The translations under genes were made by a program, and so were the position numbers. This document shows, in pieces, positions 13,377-25,545 of a stretch of DNA of 64,000 nucleotides. Numbering within the stretch: position 1 is the first letter of the stretch; each line of letters starts with the position of its first letter. The notes beneath the pieces were generated by a model, which was not told the DNA's origin, did not search any database, and worked only from the letters and a program-made list of their open reading frames with translations. The stretch covers positions 31,744,001 to 31,808,000 of the forward strand of contig CM060733.1 in the NCBI GenBank assembly GCA_030704615.1. The letters are read 5' to 3'. The DNA is from Takakia lepidozioides. Lineage: Eukaryota; Plantae; Bryophyta.

Positions 13377-14599
13377 AATGGGGTTACACCGTCCATAGGA
13401 TCCGTGACAGGTGGACGTGGGTTAACATCCGGACAGTGGCCGGCGGAAAAGTGGACGGAGGCACGTTTAGAAATGGACACGTGGACGCTAGGGCGAGACA
13501 CACATCCGGACATGGATTGCAAAGGCGAGTGTCATCAAGGAAGAAGACAAAATTGGCCGTCAAAGTACCTACCCGACACATTAACTTATTATGGGCCCAT
13601 TAATGCATACAGGGAAAGGGTAACGGAACCCTTTAAAAGTACCGAAAAGCGAAATCCATGTCACATGTACTATCCTAGTGGACAGTCCAGAGTGGAAAAT
13701 CCATGGAAGGAAATTAAATTACAAAACAAATCACATAGCCAATAGCCAATCATGAGCCAGAATTACCTGCAGAAGGTATTTTCCAAGAAGCTAAATCAAG
13801 AAGGGATTTTAAGCGCAAGAGTCGGCGTCGTTCCAAGTAACGGGCGTCTCGACGGGACAGACCATCAATGCTATAGCTTTGAAGCTATGGAGGAACTAAC
13901 AGACTATACGCTCGCGATACTACTTACGCAATGGCACAGGGATAGAAGAACAGAGAGTATCTTTTCTCTTAATCGATGCTTGCAAGCCTCGCAGGCTTAC
14001 AAGAAATTACCCATAGCATTTTGTGGCAACCCTGCAGGCGTTTCTTCATTTGTTGCAACCAAAACCTGTCTGTTTGTCTAGAATGAAGAAAGTGCTTTTC
14101 AGTCTTCTTCGCAGGGGGTGCAGGAGATGCCAGTGGTACAAGAGCTAGTGCCACCAAGACCACAACAAGTCACTGTGACAGTAGCTGACTCTGTTGTTAC
14201 TACAGCCACACCACAGCCACCACAGCCTGAGGTATGGAGGGATGCTGCTTTTAACCCACCTAAAACTCCTGCTGCACAGGAGTACAGTCGGGCTATGATT
14301 ATGCCCTTCAACCAAATTCCCATTGTGTTGGATTTGGCTTGGAAGGAATTTAGGAGGTTAGCTATTTCATGAGCGGCATGAGCGGCATGAGCGGAGTAGT
14401 AAGACAATCGGTTTTCATGAGCAGAAGTACAAATTTCGAAAATAAAAAACAATTAAAAAAGCCAATAAAAACATTAATTTAATGCAATGTGTCAGGAAAA
14501 ACAAATATATTATTCGGCCCCTTGAAGGGAAAATTGTAGTTTTGACAGTTGTGCTCATGATATTTCGTCTTCCGCTCATGCCAATTCCCAGCGACATGT

Positions 14600-15050
14600 G
14601 CAAATATGGCGCCGAATTTCGCGGTAATAGGGTCCGTAACCTGAAAAAACGGCGACGTATTTCGCGGTAATAGGTCTCTCTGGCGAAAAATGGTGCCGAA
14701 TTCCGCGGCTATAGGTCCCCTCATGACAGGTAATTCGGCGCCATTTTTCCAGTGCATATTCGGACTTAGCCAATTTTCGGCGCAAAATAGGGAAATTCGG
14801 CGCCATTTTTCCAGACACTGTACCAGTGCATGTTGGGACTTAGCCAGTTTTCGGCCCAAAAAAGAGAAATTTGGCGCCATTTTTCCAGACACGGTACCAG
14901 TGCATGTTGGGACTTAGCCAGTTTTCGGCCCAAAAAAGAGAAATTCGGCGCCATTTTCCCAGACACAGGTACCAGTGCATGTTGGGACTTAGCCAGTTTT
15001 CGGCCCCAAAAAGAGAAATTCGGCGCTTTTTTTCCAGAAATGGCCCCACA
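14600..15050. repeat. ~70-bp tandem array with AAATTCGGCGCCATTTT core
   Basis: About 4 near-identical units plus degenerate ones. Confidence 0.9.
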
Positions 15051-15089
15051 ACTGCTTCTGTTGGATCTCAGTTTGAATGGAATATTGCC

Positions 15090-18000
15090 TCATTCCAGGA
15101 GTTTGGGGTGCATTTCATTACACTGCAAAAAAAAGTCTGATACAACAAAATGCAATTGAAAATATCCATATGGAGGATTCCCTTTGCCCCATAAATGATT
15201 TCTGGAATCCCTAAGGAGGAGTTTGTGCAGCTCGTTCACGCTCAACGCTGGTGCATGAATAAAGTCATCAATAGTCACGTTCATCCTCAACCTCTTCAGG
15301 TAAATGTAATACAGATGCTTGCACGGATAATACTTCGAACCCTTCTTTGCTTCCATCAACGAGAAGTTCGTACAATTGCAAGTCGGCTCCACTCTAATCG
15401 TAATTGTGTATACATCGTCGCGTACAGCCGAGCCGGCCGTTGCCATCCGATACACACGCCCAAGGCCGGGTGGGGGTACGTCCACGGAGCTCTGAATAGT
15501 GCAAGCCATCCCAAGAGCATTGGCAATCCGAGTCTCATTCAACTTGTTGGGAGGGTGTCGTCTCTTCACTCTTCCGAATCGCATTGTGGGACGTGCAGAA
15601 TTGTCCACACCGTCTCTACTGAACTAAGCAGTCTGCAATGGCTGGGTCTGAGGAACCGGAAATGCGTGGGCCGGGATGTCTGTGCGTTGCACCATTCGAA
15701 ATCCTGCTGCAGATAGAGCATCCGCCTCATTCTGAGAGAGACTGCAACCCGGTGCAACAGGCCAGACGCCCGGAGGCTCCGGCATTCCCTAAATCCCGTA
15801 CTTGGGCTTGCCAAATACACAGGTCATTATGTCGTGCCTACAAAACCAAAATGTCTGCGTTGTGGCGTGAGCAAATGTGGGAGTCAAAAATCTGCCGCTG
15901 AAACAAGGTGCAGGTACAGCACCGTGTGGGTTCCTCCGAATCATCTCACCACAGCGTGCTCTCGTATCCACCCGGATGGCGCATCACTTCCCTCGAAATG
16001 CCGGCAATGTCCTCGTAATTCTCCATTGTGACTCTGACACTATTGTCTCCACAATGGGAATGTTGTACTGCTTTACTACAGATGGCTCGTTATGTTGCCA
16101 GGGCACGCGCCCTGTGCTCAAAGGAGATGGCGATCTTGAACGTGCAGGACTTGCGGTGCTCGACGATACCTCCTCGGGCAACATCACCGGACCACGAGGG
16201 AGCGTGCGAATATTCTTGTCAGCTCGCCATGAATCCTCTTCTCCGCCAGGTGCCTCGTCAAGTCTTCGTCTCACTGGACGGGTATGAATATCTCCTTCCA
16301 AATGTTGGCCTCTTCGCAGCAATGGCGTGTCCCGAAGGCCCTCTCGCAAGGCCGCCGCTCATTTCCGAGGATTCTTCGATCTAGAGACAGCCCGCATCAG
16401 CATTTCCTGCCTGTCCGGCCCCAAGCCCCACTGTTTCCCTTTCAAGAACTCGTTGTACCTGCTTTGCTGCATAATTGACCTCACAATGTCCTCCGTTGTG
16501 GCAGTGAGGATGTCCACCAGATGCGCCGCAGAGGAGGCACGCCAGGAAGAGTGCACTGATTCGGCCATGTTTGTCGTGGGCATGTCGGTGTCGGAGTCGA
16601 GACACATTTCCTGCACAAGCACATGTTGAGGTTACAAGCAAGTTACAAATATGGCAAAGAATAATATTCAACGGGACGCGAATTCGTGCAACTCACCTCC
16701 CACATATAGTCGCCGAACTGGAGGAAACGATAATGCCACCATGCTAGCCAACTGACCATTGCTCCCTTGTCTGATTTCCTTACAGCACCTGACGATGTCC
16801 ACCAAGCCCGTATACATGCAAACTGTGTCTCTGCATCATCCAAGGTGGGAGCGCGCTTCCACGCAAGGCACATGGAACGGTGCTCCTCTCTGAAATCTGG
16901 CGCCACGAGCCTGGTTGTGTACTGCGAAAGGCTCTGCAGAAAATGGAACCCACAATATCTCTCCTTGCCTTCCATGGGAACATTGGGGTCTTGCCCGTAC
17001 ACCCTTTGGATGGCAGCCCAATTTGCTTGTGCGTTGTCCGCCATGAAACCACGGAAATTGGGAGGGGGCAATCCCGCCTTGGCCATCTGTTCGTTTATTC
17101 CCTGCCAAAGAAGCATCTCCAATTGTGTGTCTTCTCCTTTCATCTCACAAATAGCAATTGTCATTAGCATCCTGCAGTGGGTATCGTAGACATGTGCACC
17201 CATTGTCACCCACTGGTGATTTGTAATTCGCTTGATATGGTCGAACATGACCCAACTGTTTGACAAGTCCCCACTCGTCATCCTGTCGACCAGTTCGATG
17301 CCGCTGCCAGGTCCACACGTGGACATTTTGAATACGAAACAACGATCTGCCTCAGTCCCTTGTCCTGGAAACCTACTTCCATGAATGTAGTCATATCCAC
17401 ATCGTCGCTTCACCTCCAGAATGGAGTGCATATCCGAGCCACGCCCAATTTTCTGTTTGCATGAGACAATGTGGTTTCGGACATTCGGTGAACATACGTG
17501 GGACACCGACTCCAGCAATGCCTCCATTTCCTTCTCATCGAGAGGAACTCTATCGGAGCCATCTTCCGACATAATTCTGGCCAATGCCATCTTATGGGCG
17601 GCTTGGAGCTGTCTCTGTTTGGGTTTGGCACCCGGTCTCAACTTAACCTCCTCCTGAACGAGCTGCTCTGCCTCGTGGGCAGCCTCCCGCGAGTTCCCCC
17701 TCACCAATTTGTGACAATGGGAACCAACGCGTATGCAAGCTCGGGTGAGGTCAGGGAAACGGTGCAACACATAGAACTGCTTGGCATTACAAACAGACAT
17801 GCAGTGTGGTGGTTCTTTGCAATGCGCACACTTAAATGTGGAGTTCGGAACCTTCTCTTGAGCTCGAAATGGTTGATGAGCTGTGCCTGTCCAATCGGTC
17901 TCGTTCCTGTGACCTCTGGATTTAAAATGGAAGCAAGTTGGGGAGAAACACCGCAACGCGCCCGCACAAACAACGTAGCGCACCCGCACACCATCGAGCA

Positions 18001-18783
18001 TCTTCATGCTGGTGGTTTTGGTAACGCACCAAGGATGACCGTCATGTTTTCTATCCATATCTGTCAACATTCCAGACGCCCTCGAGTAGTCCGCCCGAGG
18101 AGGGTATTATCGTCGACGTCGGCGGGAAGGCATGTAACCGATTTAATTGTGAACTTGCTGTAGTCCAGCCCGGCCAGCTCCGACCGGTGTCCCTCCAGGT
18201 GAAGCCCTCGCAGAATTTCAAGAATAGATCGAACTGCGGTGCTCGTGCTGGGAATATGACTCCCTCCTCCACTGACGTCCATTGAGGACTTGCCTGATCT
18301 CCAGGACAACCTCGGAACTTCCATGACCTCGTCTGAGTCGGACAGGTTGTGAACAACCCGGTTCTTGCTCGTCTTCATGGATGGGTTCGACTCTGGATTT
18401 ACTTCGTTGCGGACTTCTCTCTTTGAGGTAGCCACTCTCTTCGCGGATTGTTTCGTGGAAGGCGCCAGGATAGAAGGTGCATTTGGCGGGCAAATGAAGT
18501 CCCCAACAGCCCTGTATATGACGCTGTCCGATGGTGGAACTTGCCATTCCCTGCCATCGCCGAAATCATCGTGGAGCACAACAATACTCTCGACAACAAG
18601 GCCGTTTGAGTCCTTCCTTCCCTCCTCCAAAAAAACCGACCCCGGTTTCAGGTGGTATCGAACGCACAAATATTTCTTCATCACCCGGCAGATGTCCCCT
18701 CTGCACGGAAATGAAGCTCTATGCTCGTGAGGAGGGCAGTACACTGTAGCGCTCGGGTTTTCCGCCATGGGAGATGTGCACAC
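15090..18783 (-). pseudogene. Mutator-like transposase: GCM/WRKY-like Zn domain, DDE core, SWIM finger
   Basis: VMFDHIKR, FMADNAQA..YCGFH, TNMAESVH, TCNCTNF..PCKH. Intron 16611-16696; several frameshifts. Confidence 0.85.
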
Positions 18784-18999
18784 AAGACTGCCAGGATGGT
18801 GTGCGGGGAAGCTCCCTGGTAGAAGGGGGATGCAGCGATGGGAAGGAATGCGGTGCCGATTTGTCCGAGCGACGAAGCCTGATCCAAATCCAGGGAGCCA
18901 ACTATCTCAAAAATCCACAGTCAGAGTGTTAATGAACCTTGTCTCCAGAATGCGGCCCCTGGTCTTTGCGCAATAACTGCCAACGGTATGCAGTCAGAA

Positions 19000-20060
19000 A
19001 GTGGGGGGCCGTCCGGATGATGTCGGCTGAAGGGGAGAAGCCGGCACCGTGCCGTCACATTACTACCCCCGAATGGAAATTCGGCACCGAATATCCAACC
19101 GGGGCCGCACGGATGAAGTCGCCTGGGGCAGAGAGGCCGGCACCTATCCGACAGAGAACATCCCCCGGATGGAAATTCAACGCCGAATTTCCATCCGGAT
19201 CCCCCCAAAGGAAGTCGTGTCGGGGGGGTCAGGCTGAAAATTGGCCGACATAAAAACCTCCCCAGACGGAAAAACGGCGCCGAATTTCCATCCGGGGCCG
19301 TTCGGAGGCAGTCGGGGAGGGGGAGAGGCCGGCACCTGGCCGTCACATTTCAACCCCCGGACGGAAATTCGGCACCGAATATCCAACAGGGGACGCCCGG
19401 ATGAAGTCGCCTCGGGCGGAGAGGCCGGCACGTGTCCGACAGAGAGCATCCCAGGATGGAGATTCGGCGCCGAATTTCCATCCGGGTCCCCCCAAAGGAA
19501 GTCGTGTCGGGGGGTCAGGCCGAAAACTGGTCGACATAAAAACCTCCCCGGATGGAAAAACGACGCCGAATTTCCATCCGGGGCCGTTCGGATGCATTCG
19601 GGGAGGGGGGAGAGGCCGGCACCTGGCCGTCACATTTCAACCCCGGACGGAAATTCGGCACCGAATATCCAACAGGGGACGCCCGGATGAAGTCGCCACG
19701 GGCGTAGAGGCCGGCACGTGTTCGACAGAGAGCATCCCCTGGATGGAGATTCGGCGCCGAATTTCCATCCGGGCCCCCACAAAGGAAGTCATGTCGGGGG
19801 TCAGGCCGAAAACTGGCCGACATAAAAACCTCCCCAGATAAAAACGGCGCCGAATTTCCATCCGGGGCCGTTCCAATGCAGTCGGGGAGGGGGGAGAGGC
19901 CGGCACCTGGCCGTCATATTTCAACCCCCGGACGGAAATTCGGCACCGAATATCCAACAGAGCGGCGGAGAGGCCGGCACCTCTCCGACAGAGATCATCC
20001 ACCGGATGGAAATTCGGCGCCGAATTTCCATCGGGCCCCCTCAAAGGAAGTCGTAAAAAC
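19000..20060. repeat. 286-bp tandem array with palindromes
   Basis: TAAAAACCTC at 19251, 19537 and 19823; perfect 28-bp palindrome at 20005-20032. Confidence 0.92.
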
Positions 20061-20199
20061 CTCCCAGAATGGAAAAACGGCGCAAATTTCCGTCCGAGGC
20101 TGTTCCGATTTGCCTCTAGCAGTCAAGGATTCCAAGAAAAACGTGTCTACAGTGCACTTCAGCCACAAAACAAACAGTTAGGTTTGTTTTTCTCCGAAA

Positions 20200-21050
20200 A
20201 ATCATCGGACACGCTCAGAATTACCTGCAGGAAGGTAATTCAGCGCTTCGAAATACCTGGCGAATGGAAATTCGGCGCCGAATATCCATACGCCACCGAT
20301 CCGACTTACCTGTTGGATGGAAATTCGGCGCCGGATTTCCATCCATCCGCTCTCCGACCAACCTTGCGGATGGAAATCCGGTGCCGGATTTCCATCCATC
20401 CGCCTCCGAATTACCTGCGTGAGGGAAATTTCGCGCGCCGCCCTACCTGCGCGGATGGAAATCCGGCGCCGGATTTCCATCCATCCGCCTCCGAATTACC
20501 TGCGTGAGGAAAATTTCGCGCGCCGCCCAACTTTGCTGGATGGAAATTCGGCGCCGGATTTCCATCCATCCGCCTCCGAATTACCTGCGTGAGGGAAATT
20601 TCGCGCGCCGCCCTACCTGCGCGGATGGAAATCCGGCGCCGGATTTCCATCCATCCGCTTCTGAATTACCTGCGTGAGGGAAATTTCGCGCGCCACCCTA
20701 CCTTGCAGGATGGAAATTCGGCGCTGAATTTTTCATCCTGCTTGGCTCCGAATTACCTTCGTGAGGGAAATTTCGCTCGCCGCCCTGCCTGCGCGGATGG
20801 AAATCTGGCGCCGGATTTCCATCCATCCGCTTCTGAATTACCTGCGTGAGGGAAATTTCGCGCGCCGCCGTACCTTGCAGGATGGAAATTCGGCGCTGAA
20901 TTTCCATCCTGCTGCGCTCCGAATTACCTGTAGGATGGAAATCCGGCGCCGGATTTTCTTCCTGCAGCGCTTCGAATTACCTCTACGTTGGAAATTCCGG
21001 GCCGAGTTCCGTCGTTTTTCATCCGACATGGAAGGCTTCATCCGACATTT
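20200..21050. repeat. ~85-bp tandem array with the GATGGAAATYCGGCGCCGRATTTCCATC palindrome
   Basis: TTACCTGCGTGAGG at 20411, 20496, 20581, 20666 and 20837. Confidence 0.92.
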
Positions 21051-21964
21051 AATTGCGCAGTTGGGCAATAAATGTCCACCGCCGTCCGTTTTCATTCGGG
21101 CTGGCAACACATGGCTTCCTGGATACGTACCCTAAATCTGATGCTAATCTTGGCTTAACATGCTATTCGAGGCATGTACCCCAAAAATGGAGATCTTTTT
21201 CCATTTTGGCTGGGACTTATGCCGCCTGAAGGGCGTGGCTCTCCTGAGAGAGACCTCACATCCAGACCGCGGCGGAAGTTGAAAGCTCTGTACTATGGAC
21301 AACGGCCAATCTCTCGCATGGCCAAACTGAAGCTCCAGCAGGAGATTCCAGTGTCTTGCTCACAACCCGCGCCAACTGAAGCCGAGTACTCTCAGGCAAG
21401 CCACTTCTGCTTTCGCTTTGTTCGATTTCGATTTCGCTTTTGCTTTCGCTTTCGCTTTGTTGCCTCGCTTTGTTTTTGCATCTTCATCCTGGCTTCGCTG
21501 GATGAGTGAACCGTAGATAGTTGAGTGAACCTTAGATTGTTTGCAATGCGTGTGCAAATCCGGCAGCTCTGGAGAAGGCTGCTTGTGCATGTCATTCTCA
21601 GGCAATGCTTGCATGTGTTTTCATTGTTGTTGCATGGCTCTCCATACGTCCTAAACTTGTTATGTTTTCATTTTTGTTACACGATTGTTGCTATGGTGGT
21701 TGCGATGCTGGTCTTGGCACCGATGTTGGTTCTCACGATTTTGGGAATGACAGAGTGACGACGAGCCCGGCACGCTGGTGGTATCATCGACTGCTGCAAC
21801 TCATCGCATGTTTGAACCGCCCACCTTGGAGCGAGAGGGCAAACTTCAACCTTTTGTTGGTGGACGGGAGGACCTGCAGCGAGAGTACGACAGAATAGGC
21901 ATTGGGGAGGTTGGTGCAGGCCTCATGGCAGGTGAAGGGCGTGAGGAAGTGAGAACAACAGATC

Positions 21965-24900
21965 ATGGAGGTTGTTGATGCAGAAGCAGTAGGGCCCGTC
22001 CAAGCAAAGAAAAAGAAGAAAGCCAAGCACGTGCAATCCCCGGCGCGAGAGCCGTCACGGGCTGCGGAGGGGGGAGTTCGCAGTGCGCGCGAGGGTGTCA
22101 GTTTTGCCTACCTCAAAGGCGGTCGTCCATCCGGGCTCCCCTGCTGCTAGCCCTAATAAGAAACAGAAAGCCCGTGAGAGGGCAAAAGAGAGGGCAAAAG
22201 AACAGCAAGACACAAGGCTAGCCAGGAGGAAGAGAAAAGGCCACTGAAGAGGCCAGGGGTTCCGAACTGACAGATTCCCATGTAAGTGAGGGACGCACAG
22301 AGACGGTGGATCCCTCCAAGACACCACAAAGAGGCAGCAACACACCGTTAGACCATCGCGGGCAAGAGCAACCCTGCAATTACCCATACGGTGGAGAGTG
22401 GAGGAGAGGAAAGAACACCAGAAAGAGCACGGATTGTGCAAGTTCGAGGTGAAGCCGGGGAGAGAGGCAGTGAGACGGGGAGAGTGCTGGAGGTGGTTTC
22501 GCAGGTGGCTGACCCTGTTGAGGAGGACGACAGGGAGCTTTCTGACCAGGATGACATCCTCCCGGACATCCCAGGCCCCAACCCGGAGCATACAGGCTGG
22601 ATTTGGCGGTCCTGGTGGGCTGCCGGAAAACCCCTATGCAGCAGACGTCATGTCGGAGGCGGATATGAAGTTGGCCGCTGCCAAGATGTTGGAGGCAACC
22701 CACAGCAACATTGGCAGGGTGCTGGGGGCATGGTGTACCCGGCCAAGCTTCGAATTCCCCTTTGCCGCTTGGTGTCATTGCAGGTGGTGAGACCTGCCCT
22801 CCCAGGCGATATCGACAAGCTGAAATTCTCTTTCCAGGATGGATATCGAATGGGGTCTGCCCGTTTTACGTTTCCATTGAGAACGACCACGGAGCTTCCC
22901 GTGCCCACACTTCCGATGAGGTGGACAAATGGGGTCCCCATTGGCAAACGCGAAATGAGGAATTCGAGAGATCGATTGCTAGTGATCCTCTTTTCCAGCA
23001 CTTGTCCGGTAAGATGTTCTACGTGTGGGACGGCAATCATCGCCTCCTGGCATGGATGGAGCACATTGCCCAAGCCCACCCCAACGACCTCGATTGGCAT
23101 TTCGCCGTGGAGTGTGTTGTGTTGAAGGTTGCGGGGCCAAAGATCGCAGTCTTTCTCAAAGCTGCAATGGCGGACATCAACTCGTAAGTTACAACGCCTC
23201 TCGCTTTTGGACTTTGAATTTGGCAGTCATTTCATTGCGAATCCTCATATATGATGAAAATTCCCATTTCAGTATTTTTGATGGAAATGTTGCACTGCAG
23301 GGTGACTGAGAATGCCTTCATTGCCACCAACTTGTCCCATATGCTCTTTCGAGTGAAGGATGTTGGGAAGCAGGGGGTGCAAGAGTTTGCCAATTCCCTT
23401 AGTGCCGACCTCCTGCGCAAGTCGGAGGCAAAGGCAGATAGAACCTGGTATAGGCTGAGCGTCGACGCCATGGTGGACTACATATTTCGGGTAAAGCTCC
23501 TGACAGTTTTGTTGAGCTAATTCTGTCTCTCCTCCCCCATAGAAGAAAAGGTCTTCACCGTGATTTCTAATCTCCTCCCCAATAGAAGAAATTGTGTTGA
23601 GCAGGATCTCTAATCTTATGTGCGCATTCTTGATAGACGAAAATACAGCAGGATTTGGCACATGCGCGGAGGTTCTACATGGAGTCAGAGGAGAAGAATC
23701 CAACCCTCCCGGCACTCGAATCGTATGTCAAAGCTGCGGAGGTGAGGGCCCGCATAAAGTACAAGTCGCGGATGGTAAAGTACGTGGCCATAGCTGATCC
23801 CGCCCTTGGTGCCGACTTTCTGGTGGAGGTGGGGAAGCACTACTCTCGCGCTCTGAAGCCCACGATGACATTGGAGAAGCTCCATCGTCTAGCCACATCC
23901 TGTGTGGATGCAACAGAAAAGGTGATACATTCTTAACCAAATTTGTGGTGGCAACAACTCGTTTTTGTGGTGTTTGGCGCTTACGAATATGCTGGGTGGT
24001 TGGACAGACCCGGTGGCTCCAAATCTGGAATGGTTCCCAAAGTACCAGGGACATGTGGAGCTTCCCCAAACCGGACAAACTCTCTGACCCCACATTCGAC
24101 ATGTGGATGAACCGCATGACATGGTGGTTTCAGGTACTTCCCTACGCTTCGTTTGGGGCTTCTACTCTAGTAGGGGGTGGATTCATTGTATTTTTTCAGG
24201 AAAGCGATCTGATGGAGAATCTCCACAGGTGACGACGAATGCGCAAGAGCAGCTGGACACACAAGCACATCAGTTCAAGATGGACATATCTCCTGCAGCA
24301 GAGAGCCTACGCGACTATGTGACGAGGTACTTTCTGCTCTACAAAACCAACCTATTCTTTCGGGAGATAGCAGATGCTCGCCGGAGCCACGAGTTCACCG
24401 ACCAGCCGAACGCGGACAAAGCAGCAATGCGCCTTCTGTACAGGTACATACGCGCTGCCTTTCTTTCAAGTCCTTGCATTTCAGGATGTTAGAGGCCTCA
24501 TGTGGTGTTAGGGAAAATGGCGCCGAATTTCCAGTCAGGGCTCCGAAAATGGCTAAGTCCCTAGACTGACTGGCACTAAACTGGAAATTCGGCGCCATTT
24601 TCCAGTTCCAAGCCCTATTGCCGTTCAGGGACTTAGCCATTTTCGGGCTAAGTCCCTAGGGTGGCTGGCCCTGAAGTGGAAATTCGGCGCCATTTTCCAG
24701 TTCTAGGCCCTGTTGCCGTTCAGGGACTTAGCCATTTTTGGGCTAAGTCCCCAGTTGCGAAAGGCGATTAAATGGAAGAGCTTGAGGGAGCTAGTTCCTA
24801 GAGAGTTGAATTCGGCGCCATTTTCCAGTTCTAGGCCCTATTGCCGTTCAGGGACGTAGCCATTTTTCGGGCTAAGTCCCTAGGGTGGCTGGCCCTGAAC

Positions 24901-25545
24901 TGGAAATTCGGCGCCATTTTTCCAGTTCTAGGCCCTATTGCGGTTCTGGGACTTGGCCATCTTCGGGCCAACCGGGAAAAATGGCGCCGAATTTCCAGTT
25001 CAGGGCTCCCAAGATGGCTAAGTCCCTAGGGTGGCAGTCACCGAAAACCGAAATTCGGCGCCATTTTTCCATTTCTAGGCCCACTCACATCCGCCCCAAC
25101 CTGGGAAAATGGTGCCGAATATGCATTTCAGGGACCTCATTGTGTTTTTCATGAATGCGGGTACTACAAGTTCTCCCTTTTGGAGAAAGGTCATCTGTCT
25201 TTCGAGCCACCATTCTTCCTGGCATGGAGGAACCCTGGGGCTGACTCCATGTACACTTACGATATTGTGAAGGAGTGGCATTTGGAACATTTGCGTGATT
25301 GCCCTTGGTATGTGGACCTTCCGTCCGGCTCGCTCGACCCATCCGAGTTTCAATTGAAGCTGGATGCTGAATTCCGACGAAACCGGGCTCCGCTGCCTCC
25401 ATTGGGTGCAAAAGAGGCAAAAGTGCTTGCGAACTCCAGGAAAGCAGCAGAGCTTGCTCAGGCAGGAATTCAGGAGAAATTGCATGAGAAGAGTAAAGGC
25501 CAAAAGAAAAGGACAAGGAAACAGGTGAGTGCAGTAACACCCAAA
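21965..25545 (+). pseudogene. 5' and middle exons of the ParB-MTase gene, copy B
   Basis: IPLCRLV..VVRP..DIDKLK..GY..FYVS..FYVWDGNHRLLAW; GT-AG introns such as 23185-23301. The last exon (EWHLEHLRDCPWYVDLP) matches copy A (DWGPDHLSSCGWYLDCP). Start position uncertain. Confidence 0.75.
24510..25120. repeat. Intronic array with GGAAATTCGGCGCCATTTTCC units in both orientations
   Basis: Lies in the intron after RLLYR (24443). Confidence 0.85.

Larger units (their letters stand above)
2860..14353 (+). mobile_element. Non-chromovirus Ty3/gypsy element (gag C-term, pol, extra 3' ORF), interrupted by a chromovirus and cut by MULE copy B
   Basis: PR, RT, RH and IN motifs in gypsy order; the integrase resumes after 12686. 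Homologous to the element at 28000-34409. Confidence 0.9.
14354..25545. mobile_element. MULE-like ParB/MTase transposon, copy B (left end to mid ParB gene)
   Basis: Starts GAGGTTAGCTATTTCATGAGC exactly where gypsy homology stops. Contains the transposase (-), palindrome arrays and the ParB gene (+). Fused to internal gag sequence at about 25546. Confidence 0.82.

Noticed and set aside
20200-21050. CRISPR-like array of palindromic repeats
   Set aside because: The intervening sequences repeat rather than being unique spacers, there are no cas genes, and the context is eukaryotic.
18921-21135. Many overlapping ORFs (MEIRRRIS...)
   Set aside because: Artefacts of GC-rich palindromic tandem repeats, open on both strands.
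21174-21614. FRFRF/KAKAK ORFs
   Set aside because: Produced by a hexamer microsatellite.
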